64,000 nt of DNA from a virus (taxonomy: Duplodnaviria; Caudoviricetes). The position numbers and the translations under genes are program-made. Positions 29,603 through 38,753 of this stretch are shown piece after piece (position 1 is the first letter of the stretch; the number at the start of each line of letters is the position of its first letter). The notes beneath the pieces were generated by a model. It made no database searches. It had not been told where the DNA came from and saw only the letters and a program-made list of their open reading frames with translations. The stretch covers positions 1 to 64,000 of IMG/VR virus record IMGVR_UViG_3300021255_000042; one strand, 5' to 3'.

Positions 29603-29860
29603 ATGTCAAGAACACGAGAATGGAAAGAAAAACGGCAGAAGGCCGTGCAAGACAGAATGGAGTATGTGCGCTCCAGAATAAATGACATCGGCGGGAGCAT
29701 CCTGGAAGAGAATGACCTGTACGTCACGTTCCGCATGGGTGCGCTCATCATCACCTACTGGCCCTTCACCGGCGGTTATTCCGGCAAGGGCATCGTCTCA
29801 GGCAAGGGTCTAAACAACCTTTGCAAATATCTCGAAACTGGAAAGCAACCTCAAAACTGA
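29603..29860 (+). CDS. hypothetical protein
   Basis: ORF directly after array 2. Confidence 0.7.
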   Translation: MSRTREWKEKRQKAVQDRMEYVRSRINDIGGSILEENDLYVTFRMGALIITYWPFTGGYSGKGIVSGKGLNNLCKYLETGKQPQN

Positions 29861-29870
29861 TTATTATGTA

Positions 29871-30197
29871 ATGCCTTACAAATCCGAGAAGGTCAAGATT
29901 GCAGGCACGCAGTTCGACCTTCGCAGGAAACTGTCACCGGAACAGGTGCGTGCAGTTTCCATCCTGAGTTCCCAGGGTTACAGCCAGCGTCAGTTGGCTA
30001 CGATGTTCGGGTGCAGTAAGAGCACCATCCAGCATATTCTCCACCCTGCCCCCAGGAGAGCCGCGTTTTCTCGTCCGACCGAATACTGGACTGAGGCCAA
30101 GCGGCGTTATCGTGCCAGAAAGCAGCAATTATTCAAATCCGGTGTGCTGTCAAAGAAACGGCGTGCCACAACAAAGAAAGCAGATGAAAAAGTATGA
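29871..30197 (+). CDS. HTH DNA-binding protein
   Basis: GYSQRQLATMFGCSKSTIQHIL. Confidence 0.75.
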   Translation: MPYKSEKVKIAGTQFDLRRKLSPEQVRAVSILSSQGYSQRQLATMFGCSKSTIQHILHPAPRRAAFSRPTEYWTEAKRRYRARKQQLFKSGVLSKKRRATTKKADEKV

Positions 30198-30372
30198 AGT
30201 AACCCTGTATTACCACACCAGTATCGATGTGGTGGTTGAGGCTGAGGACGAGAAAGAAGCCATCAATAAAGCGTATGTCGAGGGCGGTAAATCAAAATAT
30301 GACCAGCAATTTTTGAATAACGCCCAGGAAGACGGTGCTCCGACCGTTTTCGAAGTCAGCGGGGAGGAATAG
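30184..30372 (+). CDS. small hypothetical protein
   Basis: KKYEVTL..VVVEAEDEKEAI, a pattern common in small phage proteins. Confidence 0.65.
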   Translation: MKKYEVTLYYHTSIDVVVEAEDEKEAINKAYVEGGKSKYDQQFLNNAQEDGAPTVFEVSGEE

Positions 30373-30374
30373 CT

Positions 30375-30590
30375 ATGGCTAAGAAAAATAATCCAATCAA
30401 GGAATGGCTGAAGGCCACCTTGGTTCCGTCCGGCTTTAAGAAATCAGAGTTTTCCCTGGGTGATAACTATGTCCTGTTCTACGTGAAGGATATGCCGTTC
30501 TCCAGGAAGAATCGGATAAGCACGTCATTGTCTCAGATTTTCCCATCGTTCAGCTTTGAATGGGATCGCAACAAACTAAGCTGGTACTGA
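30375..30590 (+). CDS. hypothetical protein
   Basis: ORF in gene string. Confidence 0.55.
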   Translation: MAKKNNPIKEWLKATLVPSGFKKSEFSLGDNYVLFYVKDMPFSRKNRISTSLSQIFPSFSFEWDRNKLSWY

Positions 30591-30591
30591 T

Positions 30592-30774
30592 ATGAGAGTG
30601 GAATGCCAGGGATGCTCCAACCTGGAGCGCACTGAAGTAAAAGGCAACTGGGGACAAATCATTCCCGTCTATGATTGCCCGAAGAATAACATAAATCACT
30701 GGGGATGCTGCAAATTCCGCAATCCTCCGTTTGACCTCACTAATATACGGCAGAAGTATGTTGACAAGAAATGA
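30592..30774 (+). CDS. small Cys-rich protein
   Basis: ORF in gene string. Confidence 0.5.
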   Translation: MRVECQGCSNLERTEVKGNWGQIIPVYDCPKNNINHWGCCKFRNPPFDLTNIRQKYVDKK

Positions 30775-30938
30775 ACGAATCCTGGTTGAAGCAATCAGGA
30801 ATTCCCAGTTCATCGAAATCCGTCTCCCGGATTCTACTGGGGGGGGGTATGGACTGCCGCATGAAATTCAGTAGCAAGAACCTGTGCCACGACATTGCAT
30901 TGGCGGCGCAGACACACTTTAATCGCTTAGGAAAATGA
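30758..30938 (+). pseudogene. small ORF frameshifted at a G9 tract
   Basis: Removing one G from 30839-30847 gives a 59-aa ORF ending in an ATGA overlap with the next gene. Confidence 0.5.
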
Positions 30939-31348
30939 AACAGAAAATCTTACAGTTGAAGCGCGAAATAATCGAGAAAATCTACGACTTTCTCGCGCAC
31001 TATGACCTTCAGAAGCTTTATATCTCGAACATCGAGGAAGGCTACTCTCCCGTTCTACAGTATGATACGCTGTGTGAACATACGTTTACGCTCGACAAAA
31101 TCGACCTTCACACTATTGACGGCCAAAAGCATATCTCCCTTGATGGAAGCTCGTCTTACGAGAACTTGACTTGGGATGGTGAGGACTTAAGCGTGGAAAT
31201 CCTTGAAGACATCCTGGAATTCCTGCTTGACCACGAGGACGAAATCGATGAATACGCCTACGTGGATATGTCCGATATGCCCGATCCTGAAGAAGCGTGG
31301 CTCGAACACGAAAGTAACCAATGTGAGCAAGACTATTTTAACCGCTAA
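30935..31348 (+). CDS. acidic hypothetical protein
   Basis: ORF in gene string. Confidence 0.7.
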   Translation: MKQKILQLKREIIEKIYDFLAHYDLQKLYISNIEEGYSPVLQYDTLCEHTFTLDKIDLHTIDGQKHISLDGSSSYENLTWDGEDLSVEILEDILEFLLDHEDEIDEYAYVDMSDMPDPEEAWLEHESNQCEQDYFNR

Positions 31349-31353
31349 TCAAT

Positions 31354-31692
31354 ATGGATTTTCTTGCTTATTTTGGAACAGATGGGATTATTTCAGGACA
31401 CTTTCTCCATGTTCTTGAAAGTGAAAAGCCAATATCATTCGAAGATAACAGACGACTTGCTTATGAGATAGATGGAAATCCGTATCTTATGAGTAATCTG
31501 CCATACAAAACACCTGGGTTACTTTACAGAAATGGGATAACATATTATGGTGTAACCCGCTCTCCTGATGATAAACGTGCTGGTTGTCTTACTGTTCTCA
31601 TTTGGGAAGGAGAGCACACAGAATCAGAGGTTTTGTCAAAGATTAACGAATATCCTTTAACTAAAGAACAATTCAATAAGTTAAACCCCTAA
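31354..31692 (+). CDS. hypothetical protein (AT-rich)
   Basis: ORF with visibly lower GC than its neighbours. Confidence 0.6.
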   Translation: MDFLAYFGTDGIISGHFLHVLESEKPISFEDNRRLAYEIDGNPYLMSNLPYKTPGLLYRNGITYYGVTRSPDDKRAGCLTVLIWEGEHTESEVLSKINEYPLTKEQFNKLNP

Positions 31693-31695
31693 CTG

Positions 31696-32082
31696 ATGCA
31701 GTTCGAATACTATAATCCAAATCCAAAAGGTCTCCACACTAATGATTGTGTAGTGAGGGCCTTGTCTTTCTTTCTTGGGATGTCTTGGCGAGGAGCCTTT
31801 CTCGACATCATAAATTGGTGTGCTGACCACGGAGTAGTTGAGTTTAATCGTCGTACACAGTACAACAAATACCTTGAAGAGAAAGGCTACATACGTCATA
31901 AGCCGCCACGAAAGAATCTAACAGTTGGAGAGTTCTGGGAATACTGGGCTGAATACGGAAAGACCTATATCGTTTCGATGCCGAAACATCTAACGATTAT
32001 CAGTAATCGCAAGATATATGATATTGGAGATTGCTCTAAAAGAAAAATGGATGGATATTGGGAGAGAACTGGAGGAGAATAA
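31696..32082 (+). CDS. hypothetical phage protein (NPNP..DCVVRA type)
   Basis: YNPNPKG..DCVVRAL...HLT..IYD motif pattern. Confidence 0.7.
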   Translation: MQFEYYNPNPKGLHTNDCVVRALSFFLGMSWRGAFLDIINWCADHGVVEFNRRTQYNKYLEEKGYIRHKPPRKNLTVGEFWEYWAEYGKTYIVSMPKHLTIISNRKIYDIGDCSKRKMDGYWERTGGE

Positions 32083-32215
32083 ACCCCTAACGAAGTAACC
32101 GATGTTTTGGACTAATTTATGGCTTGCGATAATAGCTTATATGCTTTACGAAATAGCCAATCAAATTTACAAGTTTCGGAAAGGAGACAAAGATGACTAA
32201 CCTAATTTACTGATT

Positions 32216-32614
32216 ATGTCAAGACAAAATAGCAGGAAGAAAAGACGCGATGCCATAAATATCGCAAAGATGAGCTGGGAAGATGTGTACCAACTTCCAC
32301 TTCATCTCGATCCGTATGGTAGCTATGCGTGGAGCGTAAACGATACTATGTCGTTAATGTTCGAAGACAACCTTTCAGATGAATTTCGTCAAGAGGTGGT
32401 GGACTGCATCAATGGCAAAAATTACGTTGACACAGAAGGATGGACGTATGATGTCGTTGATTTCTATTTCAAGGGAGAATATATGTTCTGCGTTCGTGGT
32501 TGGGGACATCTCACGGGGACAGGTGCTTTGAACCTGCCAGAACACGAAGCAGAGCGAATCCAAGACGGGTTCATCAAATACATCGCAGAACGGTTAAATG
32601 CAAAACCCGACTAA
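32216..32614 (+). CDS. hypothetical protein
   Basis: ORF containing VRGWGHLTG. Confidence 0.7.
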   Translation: MSRQNSRKKRRDAINIAKMSWEDVYQLPLHLDPYGSYAWSVNDTMSLMFEDNLSDEFRQEVVDCINGKNYVDTEGWTYDVVDFYFKGEYMFCVRGWGHLTGTGALNLPEHEAERIQDGFIKYIAERLNAKPD

Positions 32615-32615
32615 T

Positions 32616-33110
32616 ATGAAACAACATTGTTACATTTTACCACTGTTTTGTCTCGGCTTCGTGCTGGGAATCGTTGTCGGCGGCCTATCGAAGCCCGTAG
32701 AGGCCAAGGAAATGCCTGAGCCGGTCGTACAGGTCTATGATACCTTGACGGACTGGAATGTCCTCCAGCTCGCTATTATTATGAAGGAGAGCCGCTTCAA
32801 CCCGGATGCGGTAGGAAAGACCAACGACTATGGCATCTTCCAGATCACGCCCATCTATGTTCTGGAGGCCAACCGCCTTTCGAACCTTGAGTACACTCAC
32901 GATGACGCATTCTCGATTGAGAAGAGCCTGGAAATGTTCAGCATCGTTCAGAACTACCATAACCCTGCACGCTCGATTGATTGTGCCATAACTCTGCATA
33001 ATCCTGGAGCCTCCAGTGCGTATGAGCGTCAAATCAAGAACAACATTACATTCATTCGGCGGTATGAGGCCGTCAGAGAAAACCTGATTGCGTATGAAAG
33101 AGAAAATTAA
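32616..33110 (+). CDS. membrane-anchored lytic transglycosylase (SLT/lysozyme-like)
   Basis: N-terminal TM; IMKESRFNPDAVG...GIFQITP motif. Confidence 0.75.
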   Translation: MKQHCYILPLFCLGFVLGIVVGGLSKPVEAKEMPEPVVQVYDTLTDWNVLQLAIIMKESRFNPDAVGKTNDYGIFQITPIYVLEANRLSNLEYTHDDAFSIEKSLEMFSIVQNYHNPARSIDCAITLHNPGASSAYERQIKNNITFIRRYEAVRENLIAYEREN

Positions 33111-33372
33111 TATCCTGGAAGCTGAGAAGCGTCTGCTTGACACGCTTAATGACAGCTTCGAAGATCGCCTCTATGAATTCGCGCAAGAACTCTTCCAGCG
33201 CGGCATTGCCAAGGTAGAAGAGAATGCGACCGTGGTAGGCGTGAATGATGAAGAATACAGCGATGGCTCCGATGGAGAATGCACCTGGTACGATGCCTTG
33301 TGGCAGGGCTTCTTCGATGAGGTCTATTACAAGACGTTCAACTTCTTAAAGTCTGAGTATGAAGATTCCTAA
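33094..33372 (+). CDS. acidic hypothetical protein
   Basis: ORF in gene string. Confidence 0.6.
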   Translation: MKEKINILEAEKRLLDTLNDSFEDRLYEFAQELFQRGIAKVEENATVVGVNDEEYSDGSDGECTWYDALWQGFFDEVYYKTFNFLKSEYEDS

Positions 33373-33694
33373 GTACATCCAAGAAATGCTGGAGCGTAGA
33401 TGTGAGTGGGCGATTTACTCAACGCATCTCTCGAAGGACGATGATCCGTCCTGCACGATCCTGATTCACAAGCGCAGCCACTATTGTACCACCGACACGT
33501 TGATGAAGGAGGTCAAGAAGTTCATCAAATGGGTGAATTTCCAGAATAAGCTGAACATCATCTGGGGAACTATCAAGTACGTTCCGATGCACACGCATCA
33601 TTGCGACCAGTGGGCGAAAGTCGAGGTCGTTGATCCGGTTCTCCAGCAAATCGAAAAGTTTATCCCTGAAAAGTATTCCTATGCAGTACATTGA
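33359..33694 (+). CDS. hypothetical protein
   Basis: ORF in gene string. Confidence 0.6.
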   Translation: MKIPKYIQEMLERRCEWAIYSTHLSKDDDPSCTILIHKRSHYCTTDTLMKEVKKFIKWVNFQNKLNIIWGTIKYVPMHTHHCDQWAKVEVVDPVLQQIEKFIPEKYSYAVH

Positions 33695-33932
33695 ATTAAT
33701 TTCCGAACGCGCCAAGAAGCGCGGTGCTGAGATGGTAGATTGCGTCAACCAGCATAACTATAATACTGGCTACTACTGGTATTGCAATGGAGATAAAATC
33801 TACTATTGCGCGTCTGATGAACATGAGATTCCAGCTGGCACAATGTTGCAGAAGCTTCGTTGGTTTGTTTCCGGCTTCATTGCTGAAGAGATGAAGAACG
33901 AGGTGGACTGGAAGATCGTGAGTGAAAATTAA
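33681..33932 (+). CDS. hypothetical protein
   Basis: ATG 33681. Confidence 0.55.
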   Translation: MQYIELISERAKKRGAEMVDCVNQHNYNTGYYWYCNGDKIYYCASDEHEIPAGTMLQKLRWFVSGFIAEEMKNEVDWKIVSEN

Positions 33933-33943
33933 ACCTTTCAAAT

Positions 33944-34195
33944 ATGACTTATCAGATTTCATATTTTGCTGTTCACGATTTATCAAGGATAACTCTGAAT
34001 TATGCGCTTGGAGACCTTTGGCCCACGAAGCGAGAAGCTTGCAATGAAATGCGTAACCTTGGAATTAGCCTTTACCATATTATCTGTGTATGTGAAGTTA
34101 TAGATGACAGTGGAGAGAATTCTATTGATTTCGGTTACGGACGCGATCGCAAGGAGGCTAAAAATAATGTGTTACCAAAATATAATCTCAAATGA
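33944..34195 (+). CDS. hypothetical protein (AT-rich)
   Basis: ATGA-coupled to the next ORF. Confidence 0.55.
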   Translation: MTYQISYFAVHDLSRITLNYALGDLWPTKREACNEMRNLGISLYHIICVCEVIDDSGENSIDFGYGRDRKEAKNNVLPKYNLK

Positions 34196-34452
34196 ATAAG
34201 GAAAGACGCGAAGAACTCATTGAAGTGGTCGATTTGCTGGGAGATGCAAGTGACCGGCTGCGCGAAATCATTGATGACGAGCAGCAAGCCTATGACGACC
34301 TGTCCGAAGGGTTGCAGTACTCCAGGACTGGGGAAAGTATGCTCAACGCCATCGATCAGATGGAGACCTTTGACGACCATATTCACAAGGTAAGTGATGA
34401 GGTCGAAGACTTTATCAAACCTAAGAAAAAGAAGAAAGATGTCAAAAAGTGA
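34192..34452 (+). CDS. hypothetical protein
   Basis: MNKERR..DEQQAYDDLSEGLQ pattern. Confidence 0.65.
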   Translation: MNKERREELIEVVDLLGDASDRLREIIDDEQQAYDDLSEGLQYSRTGESMLNAIDQMETFDDHIHKVSDEVEDFIKPKKKKKDVKK

Positions 34453-34687
34453 CGAACTCATAGCAAAAATCGCTAAACGTGTCGCGCCCATAGTTGGGTG
34501 TGATACCATCACGATAATGATGGATTTGACATACTGCATTCAGGGCGGTTGCAACCTTCGCCTGGAAGATATGCTGAATGCCAGAGAAATTGACCTTATG
34601 CACGACATTTACGGCATCAACCGGCACCTGAACCATAACACTTTCGAGCTTGAAGGCGGGTTCTGGCCGAGGTTTGCCGGAAAATGA
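34439..34687 (+). CDS. DUF6874-like protein
   Basis: MDL...HDIYGINRHL...FWPRFA motif. Confidence 0.55.
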   Translation: MSKSDELIAKIAKRVAPIVGCDTITIMMDLTYCIQGGCNLRLEDMLNAREIDLMHDIYGINRHLNHNTFELEGGFWPRFAGK

Positions 34688-34742
34688 AAAATTATTTGTG
34701 TATTACAAATAGTTTGCATACCTTTGTCAAAATTCAAATTCT

Positions 34743-35156
34743 ATGGATAGGACTAAGTTCTGTAAAATGCTCGCTATCGCAAAGAAGCGGTCGAAGAAAT
34801 CCACATCGGACATCTGTTTCGATATGAGGTGCCTTCCGACCGCACTGCGCCGTATAGAGCTGGGTGAAACCAACTTCCAGGTTGTGAAATGCCTGGAATA
34901 CTTGGCCGTTATTGGGAACCACATCGAGCTCTCTGACAACACCCAGGATTACGTGATTCGAACCGGCGAGGATTTGTCTGCCTATATTGAGGAATGCCTG
35001 AAGGGACGGTCAATCGGCCAGGTGTCGGTTGACGTTGGGTGCAATCGCAATTACTTCAGGCTCATCCTCAATGGTACGCACGACATTCCAATCGACCAGT
35101 TCCTCAAATTCAATGAGATAGTGGGCTGTAATCTATATCTGGTGAAGAATGGGTAA
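34743..35156 (+). CDS. tandem XRE-like HTH regulator
   Basis: Two HTH-like halves; own TACCTTTG promoter at 34719. Confidence 0.6.
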   Translation: MDRTKFCKMLAIAKKRSKKSTSDICFDMRCLPTALRRIELGETNFQVVKCLEYLAVIGNHIELSDNTQDYVIRTGEDLSAYIEECLKGRSIGQVSVDVGCNRNYFRLILNGTHDIPIDQFLKFNEIVGCNLYLVKNG

Positions 35157-35946
35157 ATATATGCTACTTTCTAACGGCCCGAAACGGGTTCAACTTATTT
35201 CGGACAACGGCCAATTCCAGACAGTATTGGCCGGTAAGCAAGTCGTGTATCAGGAATCCACCGAACGGTACTGGGTTTACCTTCTCTTCCAGAAAGAGGA
35301 TCGCGCCGAGTTTATACGTGAGCTTCGTGGCTCGGTTAAGCTGGAGCTGTCGCCTATGGAAGTGGATCAGTTCACCCAGGACTTCATCGATGCTCACTTT
35401 GTGCAACGTGTGAACGAATACACGTTCGATATGCTGCCGCGCCAGGCAGATGCGCAAGGTGGCCTGATACTGCCAATTCCAGGATATACCTGTACCATAT
35501 CTTCCGAACACGAGGACGCACTTCTAAGCCTGCTCGTGAGTTATCCTAATGCGGGAGTCAAATCAAAAATTGCCGGATGGTTCAAGACCTTCTGTACAAA
35601 CTATGGCTACGATTTCCAGAAGAAGTGCAAGGGGCTTCAATATGATTACCTCGCCCAGTCGTTCTTGGAGCAGGAGGGAATCGACCCTGACAGTTTGCCA
35701 CCAGCACCTCAGACGGACAATGATACCGGCGGCCTTTCCGATGCCGCAATTGGTACGATCCTGGGGGTGTTGGTGCCGATAGTTCTTGGGCCGCTTCTCT
35801 TTGTGGCCGGGGTAAAAATATGCGACATCTTCCCCAGCTTCTTTGGGATAACGCTTGGTGTGCTCGTGTCTGGAGTTGGCATTCTACTGTTTGGTTTTGC
35901 TATCGGAGTGTACAACTACGATGATATATTTGGAAACAAACAATGA
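35149..35946 (+). CDS. membrane protein (two C-terminal TMs)
   Basis: Hydrophobic C-terminal segments. Confidence 0.7.
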   Translation: MGKYMLLSNGPKRVQLISDNGQFQTVLAGKQVVYQESTERYWVYLLFQKEDRAEFIRELRGSVKLELSPMEVDQFTQDFIDAHFVQRVNEYTFDMLPRQADAQGGLILPIPGYTCTISSEHEDALLSLLVSYPNAGVKSKIAGWFKTFCTNYGYDFQKKCKGLQYDYLAQSFLEQEGIDPDSLPPAPQTDNDTGGLSDAAIGTILGVLVPIVLGPLLFVAGVKICDIFPSFFGITLGVLVSGVGILLFGFAIGVYNYDDIFGNKQ

Positions 35947-36305
35947 TAGTCAGATTAACCGAAAAGCATTTCAAGAAGCTCGCCGTCATAACTGACCTTC
36001 CACTGGAAGAAGTTATCAAGCTGAACTCTATGGGCCTTATCGATTGCGACAGGGCCGTTGCGTTGCTGATGAAATATGACTGGAAGTTACTCCTCTCAAA
36101 TGCCTCAGCGTACTCTGCCCAGCAGCGGATCGAGGCCATTATGAACGAGTACAATGTTACGGAACATCGCGTCCGGGAAACCGTCTATGGCAACCGCAGC
36201 ATGGAGTACTACTGTAAGGAATGTGGACGAAAAATCACTAAGACCGAAAGCCTAAAGAATCGAGGGTATTGCCACAAATGTACTGTAAAACAAATTAAAC
36301 TTTAG
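35943..36305 (+). CDS. hypothetical protein with C-terminal Zn finger
   Basis: CKECG...CHKC. Confidence 0.7.
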   Translation: MIVRLTEKHFKKLAVITDLPLEEVIKLNSMGLIDCDRAVALLMKYDWKLLLSNASAYSAQQRIEAIMNEYNVTEHRVRETVYGNRSMEYYCKECGRKITKTESLKNRGYCHKCTVKQIKL

Positions 36306-36310
36306 GTGTT

Positions 36311-36622
36311 ATGAACCAAATCGAAATTGAGGCGTATGGTTATTACAAGAAGCTCTATGCGCCACTTATCATCTTCTTCAGGACAGGCAATCTATGCAAG
36401 GCGTTCAAGGAGGACGCAAGCATGGTTGCCGGTGCGTTAAACCTTCCAGTTGAAAATGACAGCGTGTCCCTGGAAGCTGATGGGATTCTTGATGTTGTCG
36501 GAGAGCTTGCCGGTCTTGGTTTTCAGGCCAAGGTTATCGAAATGCGTGGCGAATCCGGCGACTTCGAGGTGCCTGACGTACAAAAATTACGGGAGGAACA
36601 GGAACTGGACGAAAATTTTTAG
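36311..36622 (+). CDS. stand-alone MutS domain I-like protein
   Basis: YKKLYAPLIIFFRTGNLCKAFKEDASMVAGAL resembles the MutS N-terminus. Confidence 0.55.
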   Translation: MNQIEIEAYGYYKKLYAPLIIFFRTGNLCKAFKEDASMVAGALNLPVENDSVSLEADGILDVVGELAGLGFQAKVIEMRGESGDFEVPDVQKLREEQELDENF

Positions 36623-36837
36623 ACTTAACGGTAACATTTTAGTTACATACGCGGGTTAACAGCCTGAACTACAACTCATAACGCTGGGAATCAAGCGAAT
36701 TTAGCCTTAACGGTTAAGTTGCTGATTCCCAGCGTATTACGTCTAATTTTGTGCCAAAATTTCTTGGTTTGAATAGGGTATTATGCTACCTTTGTAGAAC
36801 CCGCTTGGGGCATTAGTTGAAATAATCCATATTGCAA

Positions 36838-37377
36838 ATGAATAGTGTATCTATCATCTCAAACGAACCTCAGAAGAGGATTTACACGAAGCTCAAATTC
36901 ACAGCATCGGACAAGACAAATGCGACTGTCGGCTTCGTTTCCCAGAACTCTAAAACCGGTGAAATCCGTGGCGTGCGCCAGGACGATCCACACCCGAAGA
37001 AAATATGTGTGGTTGACCGGAAGCTCTCTTGTGACATTCTTCACAACACTCTCTACAACGTTACCTTGATTCCTATGAAGGACAAGGACGGCTACGTGGT
37101 AATCGAAGCAACGCCGGTACAGTTCCGGGCCGTCATCGAGACCACCTATGTCCCCAAGGCAATCTACCATATCGATGTCAAATTCGGCAATAAGAAACTC
37201 CAGTTCGACCCTAAGGATGGCCGTAAGGAATCCGTGAAACGGCTCGACCTTTGCCGCCGCGTCCTGGAAACCCGCGTTGACGTTCGTGATCTTCCCCAGG
37301 TGATGGAAGACTTTGACATCGCAGTTCGCAACCTCTTAAGAAAATACGAAAACGATGGCTTTATCTACAGGAACTAA
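36838..37377 (+). CDS. hypothetical protein
   Basis: ORF with upstream TACCTTTG (36787). Confidence 0.7.
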   Translation: MNSVSIISNEPQKRIYTKLKFTASDKTNATVGFVSQNSKTGEIRGVRQDDPHPKKICVVDRKLSCDILHNTLYNVTLIPMKDKDGYVVIEATPVQFRAVIETTYVPKAIYHIDVKFGNKKLQFDPKDGRKESVKRLDLCRRVLETRVDVRDLPQVMEDFDIAVRNLLRKYENDGFIYRN

Positions 37378-37606
37378 TATCGAATTCAAGCGGGCCAAGC
37401 TTCCCAGGAAGAGGAAGAAGGCCGCTATCAAGGCCCAGGGCCGCAAGTGGTACTTTGACACCATCAGGCTTCACGAAATCTGTGTCAAGAACGGCACCTG
37501 CACGGAGCGCGTTTGCAAGTTCTGGAAGAATGATTCAATCAAAGCACGTCCTTTCATTGTCGGCGGCCAGCCCCGTATGATTCCCGTAGCAACACGATTC
37601 TGGTAG
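37355..37606 (+). CDS. small basic protein
   Basis: K/R-rich ORF. Confidence 0.6.
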   Translation: MALSTGTNIEFKRAKLPRKRKKAAIKAQGRKWYFDTIRLHEICVKNGTCTERVCKFWKNDSIKARPFIVGGQPRMIPVATRFW

Positions 37607-37845
37607 AACAATGGGCAATCAAAGCCCTGGTGAGAACCACGGCCTTGGGACATTGCTACAGGTAGTCTCATTCAAATGCACACTCAGTCCCAGTTGCCCA
37701 TTTTATTATAAATAGGCGGTTAAATTTAGGTGTGAGCTTAAAAAGTGAAGCACGTTATTACTTAAGTTTAACAAAATAAGAGTAGTTTCAATCCCTACAG
37801 CCTTTATGACCATTTGCTTCACGCCGCCTATTTTATATTTTGCTT

Positions 37846-38241
37846 ATGGAACGACCTACACGCGGCATCGCAACTGATGCGGCCCACTCAACAAAGAACG
37901 GCGTTACCGAGTATCAGGGAATTGACCTGGAAACCGGTGAACGCATTTTTTATCGGAACCTGGGAAATCAGACCGTGAACATCGGTGAGTTCCTGGGAGT
38001 TGTTGAGGCTGTGAAGTACATCATCGAGAACGACTTCCAGCCTCGGATCATCTATACCGACAGTACAACCGCAATCTCGTGGTTCAATGCGAAACAGACC
38101 GCCAGCAACAAGAAGAACAAGGAACTGAAGAAGGCCGAAATCTTCCTGAAGGCGTTGGCGTATGACGTTGACACAATTGAAGTAAAGCATTGGGATAACA
38201 GAAAATGGGGCGAAACCCCGGCAGACTTTGGAAATAAATGA
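37846..38241 (+). CDS. rnhA: ribonuclease HI
   Basis: IATDAA, TVNIGEFLGVV, IYTDSTTAISW and WGETPADFG motifs. Confidence 0.85.
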   Translation: MERPTRGIATDAAHSTKNGVTEYQGIDLETGERIFYRNLGNQTVNIGEFLGVVEAVKYIIENDFQPRIIYTDSTTAISWFNAKQTASNKKNKELKKAEIFLKALAYDVDTIEVKHWDNRKWGETPADFGNK

Positions 38242-38289
38242 CCATTTCGTGCCCCGCTTCTCCAGCTAACGTTCTATTCTATAATAGAT

Positions 38290-38361
38290 CGCGGGATGGA
38301 GAAGCGGTATCTCGTTGGGCCCATTACCCAAAGACCGGGGGTTCGAATCCCTCTCCCGCTA
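38290..38361 (+). tRNA. tRNA-Met(CAT), initiator-type
   Basis: Full cloverleaf; C1/T72 mismatch; GGG/CCC anticodon stem; loop CCCATTA. Confidence 0.85.
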
Positions 38362-38392
38362 CAACTTAAGTCAAACAAAATTCATAACAGTT

Positions 38393-38644
38393 ATGACCGT
38401 CTTTCTCATTATCGCTATGGTGGTTCTCACCCTCCTCAGCATTCTCTTCGCTTTTATGGCTGGCTACGGCGCAGCCCTGAAGGATCGCTTGGAAAAGACC
38501 GAAAAGTCCAAGGAAGCTCTTAAGGCTCTCCTGGAATTCGCTAAGGGTTTCATCGAGTATATGAACTCGCATGAGGACGACCCTGAGCATCCTGAATCCA
38601 CCCAGGAACCCGAACCTGGAAAGGAAGAGGCCGCTGAAAAGTAA
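38393..38644 (+). CDS. small membrane-anchored protein
   Basis: N-terminal TM; ATG 38393. Confidence 0.65.
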   Translation: MTVFLIIAMVVLTLLSILFAFMAGYGAALKDRLEKTEKSKEALKALLEFAKGFIEYMNSHEDDPEHPESTQEPEPGKEEAAEK

Positions 38645-38653
38645 GCAGCTGAT

Positions 38654-38725
38654 TGAAGTGTGATGTAACGGCAAGCATCTGGGATTTTGGTTCCCATCGT
38701 CCTGGTTCGAATCCGGGCACTTCAA
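38654..38725 (+). tRNA. tRNA-Gln(TTG)
   Basis: TGAAGTG/CACTTCA acceptor; TGGGA-TTTTGGT-TCCCA anticodon arm; TTCGAAT T-loop. Confidence 0.9.
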
Positions 38726-38753
38726 CTATGATTCAATTCAAACTCAAAGCACA

